A stretch of 64,000 bases of DNA from positions 48,856,001 to 48,920,000 of the forward strand of contig CM060734.1 of the NCBI GenBank assembly GCA_030704615.1. The letters run 5' to 3'. The notes under the pieces are model-generated. The model was not told where the DNA came from and did not search any database. It was given only the letters and a program-made list of their open reading frames with translations. Position numbers and translations under genes: made by a program. The stretch is from Takakia lepidozioides (taxonomy: Eukaryota > Plantae > Bryophyta). Below, in pieces: positions 36,113 through 49,633 of the stretch (its first letter is position 1; each line of letters begins with the position of its first letter).

Positions 36113-36858
36113 TGCGACAGAACGAGAACGCTTTGCGCACTTTCGCACATGCTAAAAAACATAGTCGATCCCAAAGTCACGCAAGAGGGGGCGATCCAAA
36201 AGAGTTTATCAGCTAGTGCGGTGTTGAGTCTCTTAACGGCAAACTTCCACCACTGAGGAGCCATTGTGAGGGAAAAGCAAGTGGGAGCAACACTGAGAGA
36301 GACGATGTAATGAAGGTTCAGGGCTTACGGTGAACTGAGAGAGACGATGTGAGGAAGGTCCGGGGCTTAAACAGGGAGAAGCCAACAAAATCTCGATTTG
36401 TCATCATGCAATTCTGGATGAAATCACTGAAACAACATCCGCGGATGGATGACGGGTCACGATGGATGATGAAAGGGAAAGGGGAAGCTGGTTGCAGCCA
36501 GTGGATGAATGATGAGCAGATGAAAGGATGAAATAACGATGGGTTGATGTATTTTCTGTTTGCATGCAGATAATGGTGGAATAGGAAAGTCATCGCCCAA
36601 GAACGCGCGAATCCAAAACAGGAAAGGCGAGCACGAGCGTGTGGCGGACACAGCCCTCCCTGCCTAGATTACCGTGAAAGAGGTTATTTTTCTCCTCTCA
36701 CTATTTTTCTCCTCCCGGGGCCTGGTTTTGCTCCCAGGTGTCCCTCTTTTTCAAGAGAAAAAAAAAACTCGGAAAGACTTGGGATAAACCTGCAGCCTAA
36801 ACCCTACAAGAGAGAAATCCCGGCAGTGTGTCGCTCTTGAAGCTCGCTGTTTGTAGCC

Positions 36859-37351
36859 ATGGCCAGCCTGCACCGCCTGTCCGTCCCTTCGTCTCCTGCA
36901 GCTTTACATCTGAATGCACCTCTTCGGGAAGAAGTAAGAAGTCGGTCTGATTTGTCTCTCTCGTTTCCCCCAACATTGCACGTTGTGAGTAATCGCATGC
37001 GGTGCAATGTGAAAAGACTGTCAGTGAGGAGAAGCAGGCCGTGTATTACGATGGGGATTCGAGCGATTGAGTCGTACGATGCCTCATTCCAGCTTCAGCC
37101 AGAGGTGGGCATTCTTCTTTTCGGCATCTCTTCAATTTGCAGAACTCGTTTGATGAAACCTGCATGCTCTGAGTTCGGAAGGAAAGTGGAGCGTTGTTGT
37201 GGAATACTGAGATGTGCATTCCACCCATGCTCAAATCAATTTTTTTGGTAATGTACTGGTGATTACACCACAAGTAAAAATGCGAAAGCGGAACGCTAGT
37301 GCAGCGCATCGGCAACGTTTCTCGCATTGGACTGCTAACGCACCACCCTCG

Positions 37352-37388
<37 letters not shown>

Positions 37389-39382
37389 AGCCTAAAGGCC
37401 TGGCACTGTTGAGTCTAATTGCTGGGCAGCTCACACAGAGCAAGTTGATGCTTTTGTCAAGGGCTTTCTAGAGGATATCTGGAAAACCCGAACTAATTGT
37501 CTTTACCAAGGTTAAGTCACACCCTCGCAAAGGTTGCATCTATTCCCTTTTGTTCCGTCCAAACTGGGGTCTATGGCCACAAGGCTACGGCAAACAACGT
37601 CTTATGAGTACATTCTCTAGATGATGCTGTCGGCGTCAATTATCTCACTACATCGAAGTGTCCTAATTGGATACTGCTTCCTAATAAATCCACAACTAGC
37701 TACTCGCCCAAGCAAACTCTGCAAGGATTTTGTATCTCTGCTCTCTACCTCCCGGCAACCTCTCTACCTCTCTACCAGTAATTTGCCCTCAATTTTTCCC
37801 TTGAAAGGAACAGCCATAACTCTGTGAGGGTAATGGTACATAGTCAACGATCTCCTCACACAATGCATTTTGATTATTACTTTGACCTTTCGGCTCTGCC
37901 TTGTTTGAAAACTAGAGTTTTAGTACTCCAAAGTGGACCATGGAGCTACCTGTAGAGCTTGTATGTGAGACTAGGCATAAAGTATAAGCTTTCACATCAA
38001 CTGTGGGGATCTTTCTTGCGGGGCATTAACTAGCCAATGGCTTCTAGTGGTGTGCAGAATGAGCAGTTGCTGTGCTCACTGCTAGGCTCCGGCTCGTTTT
38101 GTGAACAGGTATGCCCCCTTTGCTTGGCAACTTGACTTGGATGGAGTTGCAAAGTTCTGGTTGTGGCTGGGCTATACCCACAATCTCCTTTTATGGTTGG
38201 GGATTTGGGAGCAAAGGTTAGGAACCAGCCAGAATAGCATTACTACAGCAATTTTTTTGCACTGTATCATTCAAGTTCTTCGCTTTCGCATCATCACAGA
38301 TCCAGAACATGAACGCCATGTTTCTATAGCCCCCAGTTGTACCACGAGCAAATAAGTCAGCTAAACATGTGTTTCTGATGGTGAAGGGGTACAACACAGG
38401 TGGCGCGGGAATCAGGCTTGTATACTGCTGAGTTTACAGACTTACTTTTCCAACCTGTACCCTGGAGTTTGAACACAACACACGGGATGCCTCAGGTTTC
38501 ACTCTTTGCACTCACATGTCTGGGAGACTGTTTGTGTTCGACTAGGCAGTTGCTGGGTCTCCCAAAAGTTTTATGAGAAGCGTGACTGTGAGTCTTTGTC
38601 AAGATTGGGTGATTTTGATAGGGTTCAGCTTGTCTTGGATACTGCAATGAGGATGCAAGCATTTGCATGGTGGTGTGTGACAGGAATTTGAGAAATACTT
38701 GGAGGACAAGGACAACTATGTGATTATCAATGTCCCTCCAAATTTCATGTTCCAGGCCAAGGTATGACACTATGAAAGCTTATATTACTTGCACTTTATC
38801 CAGTGTGTCCAACTCTTGGAATGTAATGCCACAATGCTTATCCACCAACCGAAGTCAAGTTTTGATATAGTAGTCTCGAACTAGAGCCAAAAGAACCTGG
38901 GGCCTTGTGAGCACCTATTCTTTTGCATAGCACTGCAGCATACAGAGTGCTGAAGTGGCCTTTCCGACCCCAGTTGCAATTTTCAACCTGTAGAGTAGCT
39001 ACCTAAAGTGCCTGTTCACCTAACCAGATGTTCGACTTCACAGCATTCATGAAGTGATGCCATGCCCACCTTTGTGATTAAAATGGTAGGTGATGATGGA
39101 ATCGTGCAGACAATTGCTACTAAATCAGCTGTCCTATTGTCTCGGTTGTACAGATATGATTTGCTTTCAGAGGTCAGAAATCATCAGTAAATTTTCAGAA
39201 GATGAATCTAAATCTAATTGTGTGCCGACACTTCATGAATAAGGGATTGCAAGTCTCGCTAATGTGAAAAACTTTCATCTCCAGAGTCCCCAGTGAAAGG
39301 ATGTTTATTTTTTCTTGTTTTTGCACAGATCTTTAAACCTTCGAGGCTATGTGCTGTCTTCAAAAAGTCTGGAAGCAGTTGA
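36859..39382 (+). CDS. Spliced gene, protein of unknown function (5' exons uncertain)
   Basis: Three phase-0 AG/GT-bounded exons (38400-38495, 38684-38761, 39329-39382) join in frame: VARESGLY...MPQ|EFEKYLEDKDNYVIINVPPNFMFQAK|IFKPSRLCAVFKKSGSS*. Candidate upstream exons at 36859-36933, ~37400-37510 and ~38155-38216. Confidence 0.55.
37345..37384. repeat. (CT)n microsatellite
   Basis: Seen directly. Confidence 0.95.
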
Positions 39383-40332
39383 GATGACATTGGAGCCCCT
39401 TTGAGAATGCAGAAAGTTCAGTGTTTCCAACGTTGCCCACTGAACTTTACTGCCATGAGTCTTGGCGCCATTGGAGAAGATGGTAACGGATACTGGGAAA
39501 GTCTACTCAGCAATGCAAGCTCATTGGTTATGGTTATGGTTATGGTTATGTACTTCAGAAGTGGGAGGTATTTGGTGTCAAAGTTGATGAATCTACAATG
39601 GTTTTTAACTGTCAAGCTGCCGTATGCAGCTTTTGTGCAGTAGATTTGTCTGGCACAAAAAAGATTGCTTGCAAGTTCCAAGTGCTTTCTGTCATGGGGG
39701 GACGGTTTGGTTAGGCACTTGTAGGCCACTACTTCTCCGCGGCAGATGACTAATGCAGGGTATTCTGGTTACTGATTCATATGTTTAAATAATTTGTCAT
39801 TAAACATTTGTTTTTCTGCGGATTTTTGCTTTCTTTTGAGCAGGAAGAGTACCTTAGGAAGAGTACATAGCAGGTTGCTTCTATGGTTACTTGTAAATCT
39901 TTTAACATGCTCTACAATTTTTCAAACAGTGTACAGTGGGAATAGTTGTAAGATGCTTCAGGTTTCAAACTTGGCCCACAAGTGTATCAGTCCCCACATT
40001 GAAGTTACATTTACAAATCATCCAGTATTCACCTGACGATTCTAAGCTACAAAGTGGTTAGCATTCCGTGCTGACCATGCTACATGCACTATTTCCCCTA
40101 CTCTGTTCTGCTCAACTGACAAAACCATATTTACTGGTAGCTTGAAGTTCGATATGTAGCCTGACCTTTCTGTAAAGATTTTCCATCTGGAAGGTGACAT
40201 ACCTACAGTTCAGAATGTCACATAAGCTTTGTTCTATGTTACAGACCAATGTACAATTGATGTTCCGAATGAAAACGCAAGTAGAGGCATTTTCCTTTGC
40301 CGAGAACAACTAGGTCGCAGTAGTAGTATACA

Positions 40333-42662
40333 TCAAGACTCGGATCCTTGTCGCTTGCACTTTGGAGAGGAGCCCTGTGATTTTAGAGCTTGCCTCACAA
40401 TGCAGGCAGTTACAATTTTCGCCCCCAGTGAAGCTGAACTATGTGTAAGAAATAAAGCTCCGCCTACCAACAACATCCCCTTTGCTAACTGCCGTTTTGA
40501 GTGGCGTTTATAAAACTCTTGGCAACTGTTGCTTCCTTGCCTGCTGATGTCCCATGCATCTTCCAGCACAGCTTCAAGACGTGGAAACCTCTCCTTTATT
40601 GCAGCCGGTAGCTGCACACATTCAGTGTCACGATTGAAAAGAGGAATCTTAAACAGTGAAAAAAGATCTTGCATCTGAACTCTTAGCTTAACCCGACAGA
40701 ATCGATTGCAAGATGCGTGTGCCAACTGGCCAAGTAAACAGTCCAAAAGAGAAAAATCGTGTAGTACAAAGTACAAACACAGATAATATTTGACTCATTG
40801 AGTAAGATGTAGCACAAATCACAGCACCATCCACATTTGACAATGTTGTCAATCCTGCTGTCAAGACAGTGTTCGATAAAAGAGACAGCAGTGTACTCTT
40901 CCCCTTCCAACATCGCTCGACCATAACCGCCACCAACATAAAATCAATGATGATACCCAAGGAATTGGAGTAGGCACCTTATGAGCCAAGGATACCGCAT
41001 TAAGGCCATGGCAGAGGTGGGAAGGATGCAGCTTATAGCGGCGTAGATGCAGGTCCATTTTAAGGACGTAGCTCCATATGCCCCGCCGGAAGGCCAGCTT
41101 GGCCATTTCACGCTGCATGCCTCCGTCTTCTTGATGCACAACTTTTATCTCACATGCCTCTCTACCAGCCACTGCACCCAAGTCCCACCCATGACCATGA
41201 TATATTGGGTTACACTTCTTAACCCAATTGATGCAGTGGATCCAGTGTCAGTTGATTAGGAGGGGTGGTTTGGAAACAACAACCATTACGTGGAAGAGGA
41301 CATAAACTCACTGACCTTTGCGAATGTGCCACCCTGACAGATAGACTTCAACACGCTTGGACTTGGACTGCCTGGGCGCATTCTCATGCTCACATGCCTG
41401 TCACCCTCATCCATAGCACCATCAGTCTGTGATACTTGCTCACAGACCTCCCCATGTCATATTTTACATGTGGCCAACCTCAAAACTGACCTGCAAGAAT
41501 AATGCAACCCATTTAGACAAGCTGGGTGTCATGCATGGAACCTTGGTCAGAAATTTGTATAAATACCTTAATCAAACAGTAGTATGATTGGTCATCCCCT
41601 TCCCACAAGCGCCATGCTAAGACATACTCTCTGGGCTTCATTAGAGGAAACTTCTTAACCATTTGCCCAACTTCTGTTCCAGTCTCGCGGCAGATGTCCA
41701 GCTGACGATGATGGACCAGTGTTTTGTCCCATTGTGACCGGAAATCACTGTCCATATAGAAGTCCCGCACCAGCTGCGTGGAACAATCTTCGAACACAGT
41801 ACTGCTAAAGTACTCTGTGGCTCCTCCATCCTGCAGCACTATCCTTTGTGAGTACACATTCTATACTACAATCCAGATACTCACCACCTTCCACTTCTGA
41901 GTAAGAGCGCCACTTCAAACTAGAGGTTGAGATCAATACATTCTGTCTCCAAGTGATCGTCCTAGTGAATAACCTGTGAAGGTTGTTAGCATAAACCTAG
42001 CAAAAGAAATTTTGAAATGATGGAGTCCTGAATGATGAAACTAGGATGACGATGACCTTAGGATCTCGGAGCTTGGCGCTGTAAGTGACGGTGTTAGACT
42101 GCTTCTCCAATACCTCCTCCCAGGGTACCTCGTCTTCCCTACCACCACCTTCCAACATCTCCAGCACACGCTGTAGTTCCTCTTCTGTAATCTGTGCAAG
42201 CTTTCGGGATGCAGGAGAGGACCGATTGCTGTTTAAATCGCCCCTGTCAACATCGCAAATTTATTTGCATCAGTTTCAATTGGTAGACAGTCGTGCTCTG
42301 GAAGCTTGCACTACAGTAAACGTCATTTTTTCACCGTTGGCGATAGAAAAGGTGGAGGCATCCTGCGACTTCTCTATGCATATGGCTGGGGCACGCATGG
42401 GCAACAGACATCCAGACTTACAGAGAGCAAGAGCGAACCTGCGAGCAGCACCAGCACTTGATTTGCCGCAGACAGATAGGATCCGAGGTAGGGCAGATTG
42501 TAGCAGAACGCAGACAGCAACAATGGCAAGCGCAACCAGGGTAGCCCATCCTGGGCCTGTACACGTCCATAGTTCGCTCCCACCGATGCTCATCTTCCAG
42601 TTCATAAACGCCTTCTTCTTCCCCGCAACTTTCAATTCCCCCACATTAAACACTTGCACCAC
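40333..42662 (-). CDS. START-domain (lipid/sterol-binding) protein, multi-exon
   Basis: Exon translations WEEVLEK...YSAKLRDP, TEYFSSTVFEDCSTQLVRDFYMD..FRSQWD, KKFPLMKPREYVLAWRLW, RVEVYLSGWHIRK and VHQEDGGMQREMAKLAFRRGIWSYV; N-terminal hydrophobic segment. Exon boundaries approximate. Confidence 0.85.
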
Positions 42663-43690
42663 ATGATTCGCCTCGGCGCTTCTGAATTCAATTCCAAACC
42701 ATAGTATGATAGAGATTCCTTTCCCTCTCAGACATCTTACAGATCAAGCGCTCTCCTGCGCCAAGAGCTTGTGACGACCAACTTGGGTCCCAACAGTACC
42801 ACAACACTCTCCCTCGCTTATGTAATTGTAGGTGGCTGTCACTTCCCTTCCTTCTTCCAAGAGCGGTAACTTCTTCAAGCAGCCAGACAAGCTCTCAACT
42901 GGAAAGATACTGAATCATCCGATTCCGAGGCCGATTCATTATCCACTAGATTGATCCACTGGATAACCGCGACAGAGTACGCCTTCTGACATAGCAGGTA
43001 GCGACAGAAACAGGAGTCACTAGGTAAAAACTAAAAACCATGATGGACCAGCCCACCGCATTGTCATTGACTTGTAAACAGGAAGTCCGATGATGCCCCT
43101 CTTTAAAAACTTAGATGCCAAGAAGACCTGTCTCTTTATGATATTGTTCTTTCATATGACAGATCAGACCCTCGAAAAGTTCTTGGGTCTTCCGTATCAG
43201 GAAGTTCTGTAGCTCGAGGTGATTCACAAGAGCGCGGCGAGTGCGGGGTGCCAAGCAGTGCAGGGCCCACACATCCTCCTGCTGACCAGGCTCCCTTATC
43301 TGCCGCATCATCCCTCCGCCATCTTCTCTACCATCTCTCCACTCCCCCGCCGCCATCCTCTCCTCCCTCCGACTTCCTCCAAAGGTGGCGGGACACGATA
43401 TTACTATTAAACGTTATTAAATACAACGAAAATATGAAAATACATATCTACGGTATTAACACACGCCATGTGTCGCTGTATCATGCGGTGAAAATCTCTT
43501 TTGATCCAAAGGGAATACCCCGCAGATGATGGGATGGCGTTTAGGATGATCACATCTTAACAACGTTCATCACTGAGGTGGCGTGCTATGATTTGCTTTT
43601 AGTATCGATCCAGTGGCGCATGCTGATTGGGTATGGCGTGACAAATTATAGTGGGTAGGCCTGTCAGTGGATTCCACGTGGACCGGGAAA

Positions 43691-43860
43691 TACTGGAGAA
43701 TGGATGTTATCCAGGTAAGGAGGATGAGTATCGTTTATGTCAGTGCGCACATTCCGTCCGGAACATCCGTCGTCTACTGGAGTATGGATGTCATCCATGT
43801 AACGGGATGAGTATCGTTCATGTCAGTGCGCACATTCCGTCCGGAACATCCGTCGTCTAC
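43691..43860. repeat. ~84-bp tandem duplication upstream of the NEET gene
   Basis: Two copies ending in atgtcagtgcgcacattccgtccggaacatccgtcgtctac. Confidence 0.85.
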
Positions 43861-43982
43861 GTCGAGGTGGCAGAGGGGAAGAAGAGAGGAAGGTGGGGTA
43901 GAGATAGGCAGGGAGGCTGTGTCCGCCACACGCTCGTGCTCGTCTTTCCTGTTTTGGATTCGCGCGTTGTTGGGCTTTGGCT

Positions 43983-44777
43983 ATGGCAGCTCTAGTTCAA
44001 GCAAATGGGGTGCTGTCTTGCGCGTCGGCTGCGTCTTCCTTTCGGGGTGCGGCATTGAGGCAGTGCCGGGCACCGCCTTCTGCCTTGAGGATGCCCGCTG
44101 TGGGCGTGCGAGCAGAAATTGATACCCAGGTTGTGCTGAATCCATCGATTTTGAAGGACGTTGATAAGGTGGTCGATACGGTGGTGATTTCCGAAATCTC
44201 TAAGCCGGTTACTGCGTACTGCAGGTACCAATCTTTCCTTGGTACTCTGGATTCTCATTGCTAAGTTCTGCTGGAAGATTCCGCTGTCTGTTCAGGTGCT
44301 GAAGAGGTCGTTGGGTTGTTGTTACCGTAGTGAGGTGTTAAAGTGGTGAGTAGTGTCTATATTTGAGAGCGGGTGTTGCGGCAAAATCCTTGAGTAAGGG
44401 CTGGGCAGAGGACCTGTAGTATGTTGGTCTTCTCTTTATCTTACCCCAGCAAGCGGGATCGAGCTCAGCTGGTATGCCTTGAGTGGTAATGGTGAATGGT
44501 GTGAGGGGTATTTGCATTGTTCGATTGGCTTCAGGTTTCCCGCAGTGCTAGGGTAGCACTGAAAGCTGATGAAAGCACTGGGGCTTGGCGGATGACAAGT
44601 GGTTAGAAACTATGTCTTAGAAGGCGAGAAATGGACTCACTAGTTTGCTGGAGGAGTGAATGGGTGCGCAGATGCTGGCGGTCAGGAACATTTCCTCTTT
44701 GTGATGGAAGCCATGCCAAGCACAACAAGGCTACAGGCGATAACGTTGGCCCACTTCTCCTGAAGAAGGGCGCTTAA
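43983..44777 (+). CDS. NEET: CDGSH iron-sulfur (2Fe-2S) protein NEET with transit peptide; exons 43983-44224 and 44672-44777
   Basis: The spliced product contains [31 protein letters not shown]; the GT-AG intron phase is consistent. Confidence 0.95.
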
Positions 44778-46067
44778 AGGAAGCTGTTCGCAGGCCTATT
44801 ATTTTGCTGTTAGCGTCTCTAGCAACTTCTGTGACTCTTATTACCTCCTGGATTCCTCCTTCCTCCTTGTCAAGAGATAACGCGCTAAAAGAAGATCAAG
44901 ACAGATGACATTGATTTTGTAAATAATCGGACAAAGGGTCGCCACGTGACATGCTCAAACGATTGAAGCGAGTAAGTTAGTGTCCATTTTTGCTTGTCAG
45001 ATTGCCAGGGGCAACCTGCACCTCTCAACCCAATAGCGAACCTCCTTTTCCACTACTGTGTAATTGATATGTCAGCGCGCATTTGTCTCTCTTGCATCGA
45101 TCTTGTACGAAAGACAAGTCCTCCGGCTTGAAAATATTGGTTTCAGAATAATGGTACTTGTTACTTGACAATTGAACCGAATAGTACTATGATCTGGGAG
45201 CAAGTAATACGCCAGGCCAGGGTGCAAGCCTACTTCAACATGCATTACTAAGTAGACAATGTAAAAGTTGAGGTCGGGTGATGAAATTGCTCACCAGCAG
45301 ACAATGATATGGCAGGCATCCAATAGTAGTTGTAGCAGTAAATGCCCATACGGTGAGTATATCCGGACTGCTATGAATCTACAGCTGCACCTGAACCCAA
45401 CAGAGAACTCAGAAGGAAATCAGGCGATTTTGCTCACGGCCAAGGAAATCGAACTCCATCGCCCAAGCCTCACACTCCCCACCTTCGCATGGCAGATCAG
45501 CACTGCGCGCTGTGATGCTCTAACATTCTGAAATCAATGCCAAGCGGGTTTAGTGTTTAGTCAAACTGCTCGCACTGCACAAGGATTCAACACACGAGGA
45601 CAAAAAAAAAATGCTTTCATTCAAATGTCATCTGGACTTCTCGCACCTTCTTCTCGTCAGACTGTCTCATCTGCTGTGCCCTCTACCAATGGTTGAGCCC
45701 TAGGACGCGTGTGTGAGGTTGAAATAAACGGATATGCCAATTGGATCTCCTGCATCACTGCTAGGTGTGTCCGAAAAACCTCTGAGAGGGAACTTCTCAC
45801 CTTCTGTACGTTCGCCCATTGTACATGTTGTAAATAAAATCTTACAGGGTTTCATCAACATCTCAGAGACGCCCTCATTCAAGAGTGACGATTCAAACAT
45901 TGACTTGTGTCCAAGAGCTACAACGGGAGGAAATGTTGGAGTGCCCTGGGCAGCAAAAGCAGAGGGACGGCCACAAGAAAAGCTGAGGCCCCTCCCTCTT
46001 TCATTGTGCATATGTGTTGATAGTCTGTGCCCTTCTCTGGTGCAAAGCGACTTCTGGTAGGTGAGGG

Positions 46068-46904
46068 ATGGCAAGAGCCCGGAAACGAGGATGGACGCGG
46101 GTTTGTAGTGTGTATGGGTTGGAAGAGGCAAACATGGTGATGGGTTTGTTGGTACAGGGAGCGGTGCTGGCAGGTGCCTCAGGCTTACTGGTATCGTTCT
46201 TTAAACCCGTGGCACGACTGCTTACAAGCTCTGCCAGGTTCGTGCCCTTGCAGGTCTGGAGTGTGCTCATGGGTTTTGGCATTGGAGTCCTAGCTCTCAT
46301 GTCTCTGTGCTTCTTCGTCACAGCTGCAAACACTGTCTACACTAGTGTGATTTTGTGCGACAAAGTTGCACACCGCATGTTGGATGTGGTAGAAAAATGG
46401 CGAGATGTTCAGACTGTGTTGGATGTTGGCTGCGGACGAGGTCTGCTTCTCAATACAGTAGCAATGCGGCTGAAGAAGGAAGGGGGCGGGGGAAGGGTAG
46501 TTGGTGTGGACCTCTGGCTGGACCGAGGTAGAACGATGGCAGGGACGCTGAAAACCTCAGCCATAGAGGGAACTCAGGAGTATGTGACCTGCAAGACGGG
46601 GGATGCTTGCAGTCTTCCTTTCACAGATGCGTGCTGTGATGTCGTCGTCTCAGCACTTCACCTAAGTAACTTGGGAGAGGAGTTCGGAAAGACGAGTGCA
46701 GCTGCGATGGCACAGAGAGGGAAAGCTTTGGAAGAGATCGTGCGGGTATTAAAGCCAGGGGGTCAGGGTATCATTTGGGACATGATGTACGCCCCTGAAT
46801 ATGTGCAAAAGTTCCAGGAGTTGGGAATGCTGGAGATCAAGTTGTCGGAACCCATATCCGCATACATGGTGCCCAGCCACATCTTGTCATTCAAAAAACC
46901 TTGA
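46068..46904 (+). CDS. Class I SAM-dependent methyltransferase with N-terminal transmembrane segments
   Basis: VLDVGCGRG, VVGVD, GDACSLPF, DVVVS, EIVRVLKPGG. Confidence 0.88.
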   Translation: MARARKRGWTRVCSVYGLEEANMVMGLLVQGAVLAGASGLLVSFFKPVARLLTSSARFVPLQVWSVLMGFGIGVLALMSLCFFVTAANTVYTSVILCDKVAHRMLDVVEKWRDVQTVLDVGCGRGLLLNTVAMRLKKEGGGGRVVGVDLWLDRGRTMAGTLKTSAIEGTQEYVTCKTGDACSLPFTDACCDVVVSALHLSNLGEEFGKTSAAAMAQRGKALEEIVRVLKPGGQGIIWDMMYAPEYVQKFQELGMLEIKLSEPISAYMVPSHILSFKKP

Positions 46905-48743
46905 AGTTGGTATTCTCAATGGCTGAGATCTTATTCCAGCTGCAATCCTGGAGGAAAATGCCAATCCAAAGGCCAAGAGAATTTTTGAGAGGAGTCAGGA
47001 GAGCTTGAAGCCTGTGTTTGTGATGAATCCAATGATCTGGAGATTCCAGGCTGAATGAATGAACGACTCTCGAGTTTCTGGCAGGAGTCAGGGCTCAAAA
47101 CCATAGATTTAAGAACCTTAAACCCTGGACGTTGGGAAACGGATGACCATTCAAACTCTGCCATACCGTGCTTGTTACTTTTTCCTGGAACTGATGTCAG
47201 TTATAGAAGTTGAATGGAAGGACCGTGTCTTAGCTATTGACCACTTTCGGATGCAAGGACACCTAACATGGGGCTATCATCAACTTCTTCAGCTTTCAGG
47301 AAGAGTCCATCTACCTAGGCTTTGTTTGATATTATTGTAAAACGACTGGTGCATCCCTGTTGGTGATTCTCAGCAGTTTCAGATGTCTAATTGGAGCTGT
47401 AGTAAGAAGCCATGTGAGACTGTGCTGCCAATTTCTCTCCATGCTTCATTACTCCACAGCTGAACAGAAAGAATTGGGTGGATCAGCATCAAACTGGAGA
47501 ATTAAGGCATGACAGTGGACATGACTTGTTTCTTGTTGGGATTTTAAGTTGTGAAATGTGTTTCAGAGTTTGAGGAAGTGATGTACACTGAGGGTTCCTC
47601 AAGTAGACCAAAGGATTACATCTTTCCAGAATTCGCTGCGAAGTTTGTTTACACTCTCCTCAAGAAAGAGTGTGTTGGCACTACAGAAGCCTAGGTTCAA
47701 TCTAGGAGGACTGCCTGATACTGTTACAATCAATTACAGGGCAAGACAGATGTGATGATCCCTTGCTGAGAGAAGGATCACTACCAGAAAGCCTTAGGAG
47801 CACAAGAAATCCATTTTGTCAATTAACATCCTTTGAAGGAAACACCGGACCGGCATGATGTTACTTGTAAGAATTGTGGGTGGACTGGTCCAAGTAATGG
47901 GACTGAAATTGGGGATCAGAAGCATTCCAAGGGATCATTTTCTATATGACGTGTAGGGGGGCTGTTGTGCGCATATGTATCGTTACACAACTACATCGCT
48001 ATCCAAACTATACCACACATATATGGACAATAAAGTAGTCTGCCACAATGGATAGAAAACTAAAATCACACTGTTGACACAAGAACATGAAATACAACAC
48101 CATCACTCGTTAAACTAAGAGTCAAGCTAGGGGCACCCCAAGCTATGGGGACTCCACCCCACAACATCTTATTTTCCCTTCATAAGCACACTCAGATTCT
48201 AAGCAGTGAAGGAGCTCGGACGTGCAGGCTCAACTCGAGAGAGATGAGCTGCACGACTGACGCTCTCATGAAGATAAGATGGTTCAGGTGTCAAGCTAAA
48301 CTTGACACCTGACTTAACACTTGAACTAAATCCAAGTGTTAAATACAAATAACTAGCTTTATTCTAGTTAGTTTCACACTGTGTTTATTTAACTTGACAG
48401 CTGTCGTGCGCATACGTATCGCTACACAACTACACGTTGTCCAAACTACACCACACATATATGGACAATAAAGTAGTCTGCCACAATCGCCCCCCTAGCT
48501 GGTGGATAGGTCCATCTAACTCCAGAGCTACAAGATGTAATAGCCACAGCCGTACTAAGTCCTCTATCACTGTCCCTATTGTACTCAAACTCTATAGACC
48601 AAGAGGCCGGGTACAAGAGTAGCCCCATCGTTAGTCGTCGTCTTGCAATCTGTGAACTTGAGCCAGGATCTCGTGTGTTCAAGGTCTCATAGTAGCTTGG
48701 CCTTGCATTTCTTGTTAGCCTTCCATGGTTGTATCCACTCCCA

Positions 48744-49633
48744 CTATCCAATGCAATGCGGACATAACCAATCCCCATCAGGAACCATCTCAAGAGGTGG
48801 AGTCAAACATCCCATATGCCAACCTCTAGAGTATCGATCACACACTAGCATGGTGGCTGTCCATCTAGCAAACCCACACAACATGCACCTCAAACTTGCA
48901 GGTATCACTGCCAGGTTTGGATCAATCCTGCCATCGACATTCGGAAAGTGACATGACGCACAATTACGCACATGGTCCTTCCAAGTTATGTCATCCCGAC
49001 CCTCCAAGATCAAGACGCCTGAGGGCAATACCTCTCGAACCCTCAAAATAACACGTCCTGCAGTCACATCCAAGGTCGTAGGAGCAGTCTACTGCAGATA
49101 AACATAGTCACCAGGGTTAAATCTCCGGATCCCAGGACGATAGCCCCCACCACGTATGATAGTATACCTCAACGTATCACGATGTTGTGCAATGGCAAGA
49201 TTCTCGAAAGCCATGGGCATGACTTTCTTGAATAACTCTACACGCTGATCACATGCACGTGCCCACACGTCCGGATCATCAAGGTTAAGAACTATAGCAG
49301 CTTCTCTAGGAATGGATGCAGGCAAATCCGGCTTTCGGCCAAAGAGAAGAAAGTATGGTGAGAATGAGGCAAATGATGCTTGCTTGCTGAACTTGTAGCC
49401 CATGGCTAACCAAGGTAACTGAAGGTCCCAATCTCCTAGGTGTCCCTTCTGCAAGCCATATTTGCGCAAACCCCTCTTCGCTGTCTGAACAACCCTCTTT
49501 GCCAAGCCATCGGCCTCAGGATGATCCCGAGAAGTGGTGCGGTGGTCTACCAAGGCCTTGTCACATAACACCTGAAACTCTCCCAAGAACTCTCTCCCTT
49601 GGTCCGTGAGTACCTCAGCTGGAGCACCGAATC
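48744..49633 (-). pseudogene. Integrase C-terminal half plus PHD finger of copy 3
   Basis: FGAPAEVLTDQGREF...CMLC...CDRY...HMGC...WLCPHC; contains a premature stop. Confidence 0.9.

Noticed and set aside
46068-46904. Link between this methyltransferase and the retroelement DNMT system
   Set aside because: It is an ordinary class I small-molecule-type MTase without PC/ENV motifs and lies outside any element.
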